Source: Lama glama (Eukaryota). From it: a stretch of 64,000 nucleotides of DNA. A program made the position numbers and the translations under genes. This document shows, piece by piece, positions 24,475 to 36,144 of the stretch (positions within the stretch are counted from its first letter, which is position 1; each line of letters starts with the position of its first letter). The notes under the pieces were generated by a model. The model saw nothing but the letters and a program-made list of their open reading frames with translations, ran no database searches and was not told where the DNA came from. The stretch lies in contig CM052817.1 in NCBI GenBank assembly GCA_028534125.1, positions 43,464,001 to 43,528,000 on the forward strand, given 5' to 3'.

Positions 24475-27400
24475 AGAGAGAGCTGCCAAGACTCCAAAAT
24501 CACTCAAGGCCTATGCCTTGCTCCATGGTTCTGTATGAAGCCTTAAGGAGGCATTGGATCAATCACTGGACATAGCACACTGAATGATGGAGTAAGTACC
24601 CAGAGGCAAGGAGAAATCAATAAATGATACCTGAAAATATAAAACAATCAGTGTGATGCGGGTTGCCCCAAGCATCACATTAATCCAAGTTAGTTTATAG
24701 TTTCACATTACACACAAGACTATAACTACTCAAGTCTGGAAAGTTGGGCTCTTTTTGTTCACTACCTGTATTCATCCCTTATTCATTCATCCATGGTTTA
24801 ACAAGTCATACTGAGCACCCAATCCTATGAACAGAATCATTCCAAAACAGCAATCTGTGTGGGTCTCGTGTTAACACCCTCATGCAAACCTCCCTTCCCA
24901 ACTCTGTCTTATACAAGCCCCCAACAGAAGGCCACTTGAAACCAATATGCTCTCAAATCTTGCTCTGAAGTCAACCTGAAGGTTGACTGACTTTTATTAA
25001 ACCAACCAGAAGAGAAAAATAAATTCCTAAAACCTAGGAAATACCTTTATCTTAAGAAGTTGAAGCCAGAATCTCTTTGTTGGAGAGAATTCCTTGGGAG
25101 AGCTCAAAATGAGGAATGATGTGCAGGGTAAGAAGCCAGACATCAGAGCAACAAGGGCTTGAGGATTAATCTCAGTGTCTGACTTAATCAGAAAAGCGCA
25201 GTTCCCGAGGGCAGGCTACAGAACCCAGGTGTGATGGACCACAGGTGGCCGGTACCCGGGGCACCACCTGTAAGCAAGCTTCAGGCTCAAGCCCAGGTGG
25301 CCACTCTGATCTTCTGCACAGACAGAGGCTGACTGGGGCTCAAAAATGGGAGCTTAAGGTTTTATTGTTCTGACTACAAAGTGAGCCATGGAAAAAATAC
25401 AAAACATTTTTTTTTACAGAGTATACATAAACATAAAAATCACCCTAAGTAGGCCTTTCAGACTTTTTTTCTTTTAGTCCTTCTATACAATTTTACACAT
25501 ATAGATTTTTTACATAGATGAGATTATATTAAATGTTGTCACATGATAACTTTTTCATGTAGTTAGGAGCACTGCAAGAGGACCTGGACAGAGGTGAGAG
25601 GGCTTGGAAAGGGTCCCAAGAAGAGGAAAAAAACAGCAAGAACCCAGAAGCCCAACAGAACGGGATGCCCAACTGAAAAAAGTTCATATGACTGCATCTT
25701 GAAGAACATACAAAAGAGCCACTCAGGACCTGGCTGTGCTGGTTTTGGAATACCTTGTAAGTCATGAGAGAGTATGGGTTTATCCTAATGGCCATTGGGA
25801 ATCGGTTTGCCTAACTGTACGTGTTCTTCGCCAGTCTATCTACTGAGGTCTCTATTTTTATTACAGATTTAAATGAGAAATTGTTGTATGAAAGTGACTA
25901 GAGATGGCAGAAGACGTTAAAACCACAGCAAAGAACCAACAATCCAAGAAAACTCTGACACACAGCAGTTTTCAATGTGAACTTTGCTGGAGAGAGGAGA
26001 GGAGTCACCACTCTTCTCTCCCCTTCCCACTTCTGACATGTTCACAGAAGACCCTTCACTGTTGAGAACATCCCATGCTGAACTGTTTTCAAGAGGCTGA
26101 TGTTAGAGAAGGCAGATTAGGAAAACTAACAATCCTATAGTGTAAGTATACGAAAGCTGTCGTGACCAGGATTGGAGCTCTCAGGTGTCCCTGGAGAAGG
26201 AAGACCACACCAGTGGTTTGTCTCTCAGGTGTGACCAGGAAAGACCTTTACGCCAACTGTCAGCTCCCAAAATGCCCTTAAAATTTAAATTAAAAAATTT
26301 GACTGAATCAGCAGTACCTTGTAGGGACCCCTTCCCTATTGGTTAAATGAAAGAAAAAAATTACTGGAGTCAAAATACTAGGAAACGGTAGGCCCATGAC
26401 AAGGTCAACCTGGGCTGCACCACCTGGCTTTCAAAATGCACTTCAGGCCACAAGGAGCAGGGCGCTACTTGGCTGTGCGTGTGGCAATTCACAACTGCCT
26501 TGTCAGTACAATTTGAGATAATGAAGAGGGAAATACCCCATGGCCAGCCAGATGTATTAATTATACAATCTAAACATAATTAAGAGGTGGTACGAGCTCA
26601 TCTCCAGGCACTGCAGGAGGTGACTACGCGTCCCAGGGACCTGCTATGACACCAGCCACTTCACGCACAGTAAAACCTAGGGGCATGTTTCCTAAGAAAT
26701 AAGCTGATTTGGAGGCAAGTCTTGAATTCTTCTTGGTAGGTGGTGACCATCTGGGAAATGCTGGACCCACACTGCAGGAGCAAAAGTGTCAGAAACAGTG
26801 CCCTTAAAGTGCCAGTATTCTCAGAGAGGCCAACAAACCAGAGTGAATTCCCCTGTCATCCTTCTCACCCCACCTTCCACTCTCACTCCTCCCCGCAGGT
26901 GATATTTGGAATAATTTCACAGGATATATGAGAGGAAGCTTACACTGTCACTGCTTAATTTGTACCAGGACCGCGTTACTAAAATAGGAGAATTGAGATT
27001 CCAACCCACCAATCTAGCGGCCTCTGCAAGGATTAACGGCCCGTCCTAAACGTCCCATCTGTGCGGTCTAAGGCGTTTGCATCTGACCTGCCTGTCTGTA
27101 ATCAAAAAAGCAGGCTAACCTCAAATATGTCTAAATGGGGGGGGGGGTGTGCATCCATTAATTGCTTAAAAACAGTGCCTGTCCTGGAGGCCGTCTCTCA
27201 GAGTCCTCCCACAGCGGCTCAGTAAGTCAGTCCTCATCTGACACTACTTCGATTACAGTAAAGAGTCTTTAAATAAAAGACTCATTAGGGGTGACAAGGA
27301 GAGGAGAGAGACCCGGGATACATTTAGATTTAGCCTGTTTCAGATCCCTGCTAAATAATAAGCAAGTGGGGTGGGTGGGGGTGCACTGATGGAATTCCAG

Positions 27401-28933
27401 TTGTTTGTCTAAACGCCTGCTTACTAATTCACTGCTTACCCGGTGAATTAGCACTTTAACCAAACAGATGAATGGACACACATAAGGGAGACTGGAAATG
27501 GAGTATCAGCTCAAGCTGGAATAAATACATTTCTTGTTTGTAAGCAAGCAGAGGGTTCCAATATGCACAGCATGCGCATGGGCTAAAAATTTAAATACCT
27601 AAAAAAAATTAATGTTTTGATTCAGCAGCTGCAATATCCTCTCGTATGTCGCCCCATAGCTGTGAGGAAATTATATGTGGTCATCACTGTGTGAGGCTTT
27701 CTTCAAATCACAAAGGCTCTGCTTCGAGGATCAGTGAGGATTACCCGCAATCATGATGGATGGAAGCACACGGCAGTGAAATGACTTATTTCATGTCTTT
27801 GGAGCAAAGTCAAAAAAGCTTGAAGATATTACAGTAAATGTGCACTGTTGAAGCAATGGCTTTGGATGTTGGTTTTATGGGGCAGTGACTCCTTAGCTGG
27901 TAAATAATGATCTATAAAGACAAATTTAGACACAGTGAGATTTGTAATAATGTCCTGTCAGTCGATTAGGTCCTTAATGCAACCACATTTAGTGTGTTTG
28001 GAAGCTGTTAAAATAATTTGCACTTGTAGCTGTTCCTTGTCAGGCCAAAAAGAAATCATTTCATGCTGAAGCTCAGTGTCCTTAAAGTGTGTATAGAATC
28101 TGAAGTCTGATGCCACTTTTGAAACTGATGGGGTTGGACTTGGGAGATAAGTACAGCAGGAAGCCAGAAAATAACATACGGTGGCAAAGAAGCAGCAGCC
28201 TCCTCTCTTCCTCTTTCAATCATTACTTGAGTCCTAGCCCAGCTACGAGCTCTTACAAATCAGGCGTTCTTTTTATTAGCGGCCCTAGAACTTCCCCTTT
28301 TTTCAGTGTCTGTGGCTATTGTTTTATCCTGAAAAAGACAACCAACAACAACAACAAAGACAACAGACTGACCTTAACGTTAAAGGACAGTGATTTCCAC
28401 CCAGTGCTGACAAACTTACAAATGGGGTGAGAAGCCTGCGGTAGGACCCCCGGCGACAGACAGGTCGGAAGGAGGGGGTGAGAGGTGGTGTCAGATATGA
28501 GAGCAAAGCCCGCTCCGCAGCTCTGGTGCCAGTTCTTGCTGCCAACGAGGGGATGTAAGCACCGCTCCTGCCCAGGTAGCCTGATGCCTTGTGCCTGGCC
28601 TCCCATCGGTTTATGTTTTACTCTTGCCTTACCTCAAAGCCAGAAAAGCTTTCACTTTCATTAACGTTTCTGGAAGGCGAGCTGGGTGTGAGGCACTGTG
28701 GAAGTTACTGCAGGAGACGGAGCATTGAGTCAGAGGCAGATTTCTCTCAGGTGCTTGTGATAAGGTCCAATGTCAGAAGAATGCCACACTTAAAATGCAA
28801 TTGGTGTCTGAGGAGGACCAGAGAGTATTTTATCCAAAGGGAGTAAGAAGGCCTGGAACCTTGCCAGATGTGGCAGTGACTGGACTGTGGAATAGCGGTA
28901 GGAAGGGAGCAGGTGTAACTCAATTTTGAATTA

Positions 28934-29152
28934 CAGGTGACCCTTGAACAATGCAGGGCTTAGTATGAGTATAACTTACAACTTATGCGAGTACAACTTA
29001 TAACTTACAACTTACAACTTATCCGCTGTTCCATGGCATTCTCGGACTCAACTAAGCGCGGACTGTGTAGTTCTGTAGTATTTACTTGTGAAAAATAGCT
29101 GCATATAAGTGGATCCATGCCATTCAGACCCCCATTGCTCAAGGGTCAACTG
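28934..29152. mobile_element. Tigger2-derived MITE (MER8/Tigger2a-like)
   Basis: TIRs caggtgacccttgaacaa and ttgctcaagggtcaactg, with TA dinucleotides on both sides (28932-33, 29153-54). Confidence 0.85.
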
Positions 29153-29707
29153 TACTCATGTTGAATTACACTGATTGAAAAATCAGTGGTGGATGCACAA
29201 GAGAGTCAGGAGAAGGAAGGAAATGACCTGATGGGGAGGGGTGAGGAGGGTTTCTTTATTAGAGTTTTTTGAGTATGTTGTTTCTGTGGATCAGATGTTC
29301 AGAAGGTAGACAGACAAAAAGAGAGCCTGGAGCTGATCATCACGTGTGCACTTGAGATGGACTCTAAGGAGGAAACAGAAATGAGGACTGTATTAAGACA
29401 CTAAGGTCCTAGAGGAAAGAGGGCCAGGTGGGAAGGAGAGGAAAACTTAAAGAGGAAAGTAGGGGATGAAATGAGAAGCCAGAATAGGAAATGACTGATG
29501 GGCAGAACCCGCTCTTGAAGGTGACGGGGCAGATGGGTCACAGATGGAGGGATTCCCTGGACCAAGGTGAGGGAGCTCCTTTCTCAAAGGAAGGAATGAG
29601 GAAAAAGGTATCTGGAAGAAGACAAAGAGACATTTTGAGGAGAAAAGATGAGAGTTTTACTGTTGTTTTATCTGATTATGTTAATCTTCTAAACAAAAAG
29701 GAAAGCA

Positions 29708-29868
29708 AACCACAGGACCTACTGTATAGCACAGGGAACTATAATCAATGACTTGTCATAACCCATAATAAAAAAGAATATGAAAAAGAATATATGTGTA
29801 TAACTGAATCACTATGCTGTACACCAGAAACTAACACAACACTGTAAATCAACTATACCTCAATTAAA
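29708..29868 (+). mobile_element. Short L1 3' terminal fragment, cetartiodactyl type
   Basis: 'ggacctactgtatagcacagggaactata...aactgaatcactatgctgtacaccagaaactaacacaac...aactatacctcaattaaaa'. Confidence 0.85.
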
Positions 29869-30044
29869 AGAGCAAAGTCATCAACTGATTGGAGTGAGAG
29901 CTGAGATGAAGTAAAGTGCGGCGAGTGCATACGGAAAGCCCATGATGGGCGAGGTGACAAAGCATCAAAAAGAACTGTAAATAATACGAATGATGGGGGG
30001 CAGAGAAGGTCTGCAGGTTGATGGCACAGTGTTCACACGTGTTT

Positions 30045-30265
30045 CCTCTGACGTAGCACTGCTTCAAAGCCCAGCTCTACTGCTCACTAGCTGTGAAACA
30101 TTGGGTAACCCCGTTAACGTCTCGCATCTCAGTCTCTTGGGCTGTAAGACAGAAGTGCTACTAATCATAGGACCGACCTCCCAGGGCTGCAGTCCGGATT
30201 AAATGAGACCGTGTATGGGAGGAGCTGGAACAGAGGAAGTGCTTAGTAAATATCAGTGATTATTT
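30045..30265 (+). mobile_element. MIR SINE
   Basis: 'ttcaaagcccagctctactgctcactagctgtgaaacattgggtaac...ggattaaatgaga'. Confidence 0.65.
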
Positions 30266-31549
30266 TTTATACACAGGAGACCCAGTCAGAACTGGTATTG
30301 ATGTTGATGATCAAACTTCCATCTCAGTCACTATTTTTGCCTATTACATGTAAGCCACAGGGATTTACATGAGTGTAAGAAAAGTAAGTGTAGCCATACC
30401 AATTTTGCTATTTTTAGTACTTAAGAGGACAGCCTGTGAGTCTAAATTCAGTTGTGTTCTTTAAGCATCAACCCTCAAAGCCTTCTTTGCAATTCAGGCC
30501 CTGGCCTGCAGTTCTGATGAAGTCAACAGCCATCCGGACTTCATTGGGAGCCCTGCCAAGTTGAAAACTTGTAAGTAAGGTCATTTCTAAAGCTAGGTAA
30601 GATATTGTTTAGTAAAAGTCATGTAAAGGAGAAAATACAAGTTTTTTTTTAATTTAAGAAGGCCTCGATTTAAGCATATGCCATTTTTTTTTCCTGAAAC
30701 TAAAAGTTCAGAGAAAAAGAATGCCTTGAAATATTCAATCATCCTTCAGCAGACAGTGTGGTCCCTTAAATAAAACACAATTCAGAGAACAAGGGAGAGA
30801 CAATCATTGAAAGTTCCAGAGAGAGATTGGATATGCAACTCACAGTTCAAGCAATAGGAGACAGGGTGACAGATGAGAAATAAGAGAAGGATGTGCACTG
30901 CCAGAAAAAGAAGAGAAGGGAAATAAAGAATCAAGTGTTAAAAAAAAAAAGACACAAGAAAATTGAAAAAAAATCTAGAGATAGAAGGATAGGACCAGAT
31001 GAAGTGGATGGTGAAGAAGAAGAGGTAAGAAGCAAAAAACGGGTCACACTAAGAAGATGATTGATGTAATTACCGTACGATGCATTAGAAGGGGATGAAA
31101 ATAGACACCAGGATGCCAGAATCGAGACATTCCTCTAGCCAACATCTCTCAATCACCATCTACGTGCTACTTAGGCACTGCACTGAGCGTGCTTATTCCC
31201 ACTTCCGCAGGAAGGATTCTTGGGATGATGAAATGAAAAATAAGTGAGAAGATGCTTTAAAATTATAAAATTCCAAAAACACACCATTAGGGCTATTAAC
31301 AATAACATGAAAAACAGACTAGTTCCAGCGGACGCCTTGGAAGTCACGCTTAACTTACCAGGAAGTACATCTATCTCCTGCTGGTTATTGCCCAGACCAA
31401 CAAAAAGACAGTGGCCTATCAGATTAAGTCACACAAACAGAATTGGATACTATTTCGCCATTAAAAAAGACAATTATGTGAGTTCTTCAATTATTTGCCA
31501 ACACATGGAAATAAACAATTAAAGTGACACAAGAAATGACAAAGAAATA

Positions 31550-31874
31550 TAGATGTACCTCATTTTACTGCACTCTTGCTTAATTGTGCTTTGCAGATAA
31601 TTGCGGTTTTTTTACACATTGAAGGTTTGTGGCAACCCTATGCTATCAATGATGGTTAGAATTTTTTTTAGCAATAAAGTATTTTAAATTAAGGTATGTA
31701 CATTGTTTTTTAAGACATAAAGCTATTGTGCACTTAATAGACTACAATATAGTGTTAGCATAATTTTTATGTGCACTGAGAAATCAAAACAATTCGTGCG
31801 ACGTGCTTTACTGTGATGATAACTTTATTGCACTGGTCTGAAACCAAACCCACAACATCTTTAAGGTGTACCTG
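31550..31874 (-). mobile_element. Tigger1 internal-deletion derivative (Tigger1a-like MITE)
   Basis: Both Tigger1 termini ('tacctcattttactgcac...' and '...aacatctttaaggtgtacctg') flanked by TA; internal 'gaaggtttgtggcaaccct'. Confidence 0.8.
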
Positions 31875-32214
31875 TACATAGCTACTGATTATAGCTATGA
31901 AAAATGCATGTATGTATCCACTGAAAAGATTAAAGTATATGCAGAGTGATATAAATTATTAAAATTTAGTATGTGTTAATGTTTTTGTTTAAAGTTTATT
32001 CATTTAATAAGCATATACACAATAAAACTACATGGTAGTCTAAAACAGCTTCCTTAGAACAGACCAGCAAGTTCTTACAACTTTCCCCAGCAGTGCTTCT
32101 CCAAGACATCCTGTCATACCAGTCCCTGACGATCCACCTTTTAATCTACAATCAGAAAACTGTTCTTGAGTCCCTATTGTTGTAATCAACTGTATTTGGC
32201 ATCGTAGAGTATGA

Positions 32215-32465
32215 CAAAATGGTTAAGTATGTGGATTCTGGAATCACACTCTCTAGGTTCCAATCTTGGCTCTATCTTCCAGCTTTTGTCATTTTGAGCA
32301 AGTGATTCAACCTTTCTGTGGTTCAGATTCTTTATTTGTAAAATGGAGATCACGTTAGTACCTACCCTGAAGGATTATTGCTAATGTTAAATGGCAAAAT
32401 GCATTCAAAGCAATTAGCACAGTGCCTGTCCCATAATAAGCCCTCGGAACAGTCACCTATTATTA
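32215..32465 (+). mobile_element. MIR SINE, near full length
   Basis: 'tggttaagtatgtggattctggaatca...ttgagcaagtgattcaacctttctgtg...gtaaaatggaga...agcacagtgcctg'. Confidence 0.75.
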
Positions 32466-33884
32466 GACACCAAGAAAAGATCACTCACAGAGAACATGTC
32501 AATGCCAAGTGCTAGGTAACTGGTAGAAACAATCAGCATACCTAGGAATTACACCGCAGGAGATGCCAAGAGGAAGCTGGTCCTAGAAGGGAAGGAATCT
32601 GAACCGGGTTAAAAGAGATGAATGGGTGGGATTTTGACGATGAAAATAAGGTAGCAACTGCTACACGTTTTAGGGTGTGCTTCTTTCGTTCTCTCAGCTT
32701 ATAGCTTCTGGAGCAGCTGCAGCAAGATGTAGGGCATTGCCCACCCACAGTCCCCACGCGTAGAAGCTGCTCTAAAACAAGTGGCTCCCACCTTTCCGGC
32801 TTCAAGTCACAGTATCCCGAGAAAGAGAGCTGGTACACCAGCTCATACAGGGCTCCTACCCAGTCCTTAATGATGCTCATTTGGAACTGGTTTTTCTTAT
32901 TACTCACTGTTGCGGTTTTATCAGCTTATTCCAAAACAAGGATTTTTTGCTCTTTTAATCTGTGCATTTCAACTTTTTCACCACCTTTTTTAGGGTCCTC
33001 TTTCAGAAATGATTGACAATAAACGGGGGAAACGGTGGAAAGGACTCAAAAGATTTTACTTTGTTTTTTTAATGCTTTCAAAGAAAAAAATATGAACAGG
33101 TTTTCTCACCATTCAACTCAGGTTCAGAGAGCAGACACTTCTGAGACCCAACATCAGAGGGTAATTATAATTGCTCTTTGATGCTCTTCAGTAGACAGAA
33201 GAGTGGCAAACCTGAGCCTTCTCAGTGCCCCGTCTGCTTGCCCACAGAGAAAAGAAGGAAGGAAAATAGGAAGGAAGGGAGAAAGGCACCAAGCGGTGCA
33301 AAGAAGGGAGAAAGGCACCAAGGGGTGGAAGGAAGGAAGTCCACAATCTGAATATAGGTTGATCATTTCATTTTACCTTTATGGAGTGCCAACAAATTGT
33401 CCAACATACTAACATCAGTTCAGGGCTTCCCAAAGATTGTTCTGTAAAGCACTGGTGAGCTCTGTGAGAGGCTATAATAAACCAAAGGGAGGGGTCTGCA
33501 ATGAAATGTTTGAGACATAATGTCCAGCCTCCTTCATCTCAGAGATTCATAATGCACATCTGCTTATTTATGGTTTTGAGAAATCCTGCAATAAAGGAAG
33601 CTGCTCAGCTTTATTTAACTGAGAGTTTCTCAGATTTATTCTGCCAGGAGACTTCTTTGCATACAACACCTACTGACCATTGCTCAGAACTCGAGGACTA
33701 TGGAATACAATATGAAAATGCTCAAGTAATATTTCTTTACTGATACTTGTCTTATTTTGCTTACATTCTGGCAAAGATTTCCAAAAACAAACCAGCATTT
33801 TAAAAATTACTGCATAAACAAATTTTAATCCCCTAGAAGAATTCTACCATCCTAACAAATCAGCTGTTTAAAATTTGGCAGTCT

Positions 33885-34158
33885 TCACAGACATAGAAAA
33901 CAAACTTATGGTTACCAAAGGGGAAGGGGGAATGAGATAAACTGGGAGTATGGGATTAACAGGTACATACTACTACATATAAAATCAATAAACAACAAGG
34001 ATTTACTGCATAGCACAGGGAACTATATTCAATATCTTACAATAAACTATAATGGAAAAGAACAAAAAACACATCTATGAAACAAATCACTTTGCTGTAC
34101 ACCTGAAACGAACACAATATTGTACATCAGCTATACTTCAATCAAAAATAAATAAAAA
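33885..34158 (+). mobile_element. L1 3' terminal fragment, cetartiodactyl type
   Basis: 'cacagacatagaaaacaaacttatggttaccaaagggg...tagcacagggaactatattcaatatc...ctatacttcaat'. Degenerate TSD aaaatttggcagtct / aaaacttgcagccct. Confidence 0.88.
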
Positions 34159-35322
34159 CTTGCAGCCCTCCCCTCTACAACATCACTCTCAGTATTATTT
34201 CCTTTTTCTACATAAAAACTAAAAAGTACTGCCTTCCCATTGGCCATTCCACAAAGCCCAAGGCTTTTTTTTTTTGAATGAATCTGCATTTGGATATTTC
34301 TCCTTTTCTTTTTAATTCTCACCCTCTTCTATGAACAGGAACAAGGTTTTAGGGGAGAAAGATGAATGGAAGATGCACCCCACACTTTGAAATTTGGGGA
34401 TCACTTTGTTGAGATGTGGGCAAAATATAAAGAACAAAAATATATGAAGAAAAAGTCTGGCTTTCCATGGACTTAACCATGTCTGTTGCAATCTTACCCA
34501 CTGTCACCTCTCACCCCAGTTCATTTATTTCTGTTGAAAGCCTTCAGCTCTGATCAAAATCTCACAAGCTGTATATTTGCTTTGATAGGCTTGAAGGAAA
34601 GAACCCCACACATATGACATCTCCATATGTGATAACACATTGAGGTTATTGGACCTGTTCCCAGGAAGAGTTTATGCTTGTCTGTGTGATTGATTAGATG
34701 TAATTTTCTTTCTTAAACAGCTAAGTGTAATTAAGAGGTCTCTGATGACGATCTTAGGTGTAGCTCAGGTAGAGAACAAATCCTGTGAGTAAATCCTACC
34801 ACCCTGCAAAGCTCACACAGGAAAGATGGAGCAGAGGGGATGCTTCTCCAGGGCTCCCACTGTGCTAGGACGTCCCAAGGACGATGGAAATACACTCTAC
34901 TGATGGCACTGCATGGGGTGGATTATCTTCTGCTTTGACTATCTCCAGGGCTCCTCCTAGCGCCTGCCTAAGTTTAGATAAAAGTTACACGAGGTTAACT
35001 TATGACCTGACTGAGGCAACACTTCAGCTAAAAATAGAGCTCCAGGACTTTAGGTTTGGGGTAAAATGAAAACAGCAGATGAGCTCACGGAGGCTACAGT
35101 CAGAAAGCTGTGTTCACTTAGACCTGCAACCTCCTCCTGGACAGCTAGCCCTGGATGTCCAGTGGTCCAAGAAGCCCAAGCTCAACACAGCACGTTCCTG
35201 TTCTGGCCCTTGGTAAGTGGTACTCCCATTCCTCAAATTTACCTGACCAGAAACCTAGAAATCACCCCCGGAAACTCCCTCTCCCTTAGCCAAAGGGCAA
35301 GATCACCAACTTCTGCTGCTTC

Positions 35323-35402
35323 TATTAGGTTGAACCATACGAAATCACCACTATTTCATCTCCCCCTCCCCTTGCCAAATAGCAATCTCACATGGGTCAA
35401 CC
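35323..35402. mobile_element. MADE2-like mariner MITE (about 80 bp; last bases displaced to 36149-36153)
   Basis: Inverted termini tattaggttgaaccatacgaaat and atctcacatgggtcaacc...tgata. Confidence 0.75.
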
Positions 35403-36144
35403 TGAAATGGAGCAGGACTCGATGCAGCCTTCTCAGGATAGACCTGCCCCACCCTCCAGCCCTGCCATGGCCTCCACCTGCCTGTTGTCTGTAGAAAAAC
35501 TTTAGTCAAAGAATAAGTTTCGAAGGGAAAAAATGCAAAAGCAAAAGAAAGCAGTCAAACAAGACCAAATAATAGTAGTTTAGTCATCAAAGTCAAGGAC
35601 CTTTAGTTCCTCCTCAAGGGCTACAGATAATACTCTGAGCCATATCCTTTGAGCTGTCCTGTAGGTACCGAAACCCCCACCAGGTGGAAGAAGTTAACTA
35701 CACGATGACCAGACCGTGGCCACGACATAAGCTGCCACAATTCCGAGAACTGGCCTCAAAGAAATGGGAACAAACCGATTCTGGAAGTAAAGATTATCTG
35801 TACTTAAAACAATCAAGATGATGCTGACCAGACCACTGCATGACTAATGTGCAAGACGACTGTCAGAGCTGACTGTGCTGATCTGCATGTAGCTGCTCCT
35901 TCTGTCTATACACCCTGAAACTCCCCTTTAAAAGCTCATGCCCATTGATTGGTGCAGGGGGAGGCAGCGGTTGAGGGTGGAGCTGGTGGGAATTGATCTT
36001 TGGACAAGAGTTCCCCTCCTCCCTGCTTCCTTTGCTCCTGGATGCTCCTCTGCAGAATACAGCAAACTTTCCTTTCTACTCACATGTGCCTCTCTTTGTA
36101 TTGGCTTTCAAATAGCAAGCAGCTGGACCTGTGTTTCGGTAACA
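35403..36144 (+). mobile_element. Solo ERV LTR, class I/ERV1-like, 742 bp
   Basis: Starts TG (tgaaatggagcagg), ends CA (tcggtaaca). 4-bp TSD aacc/aatc. TATA-like tttaaaag at about 35927 and degenerate poly-A signal aataca at about 36056. Confidence 0.8.
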
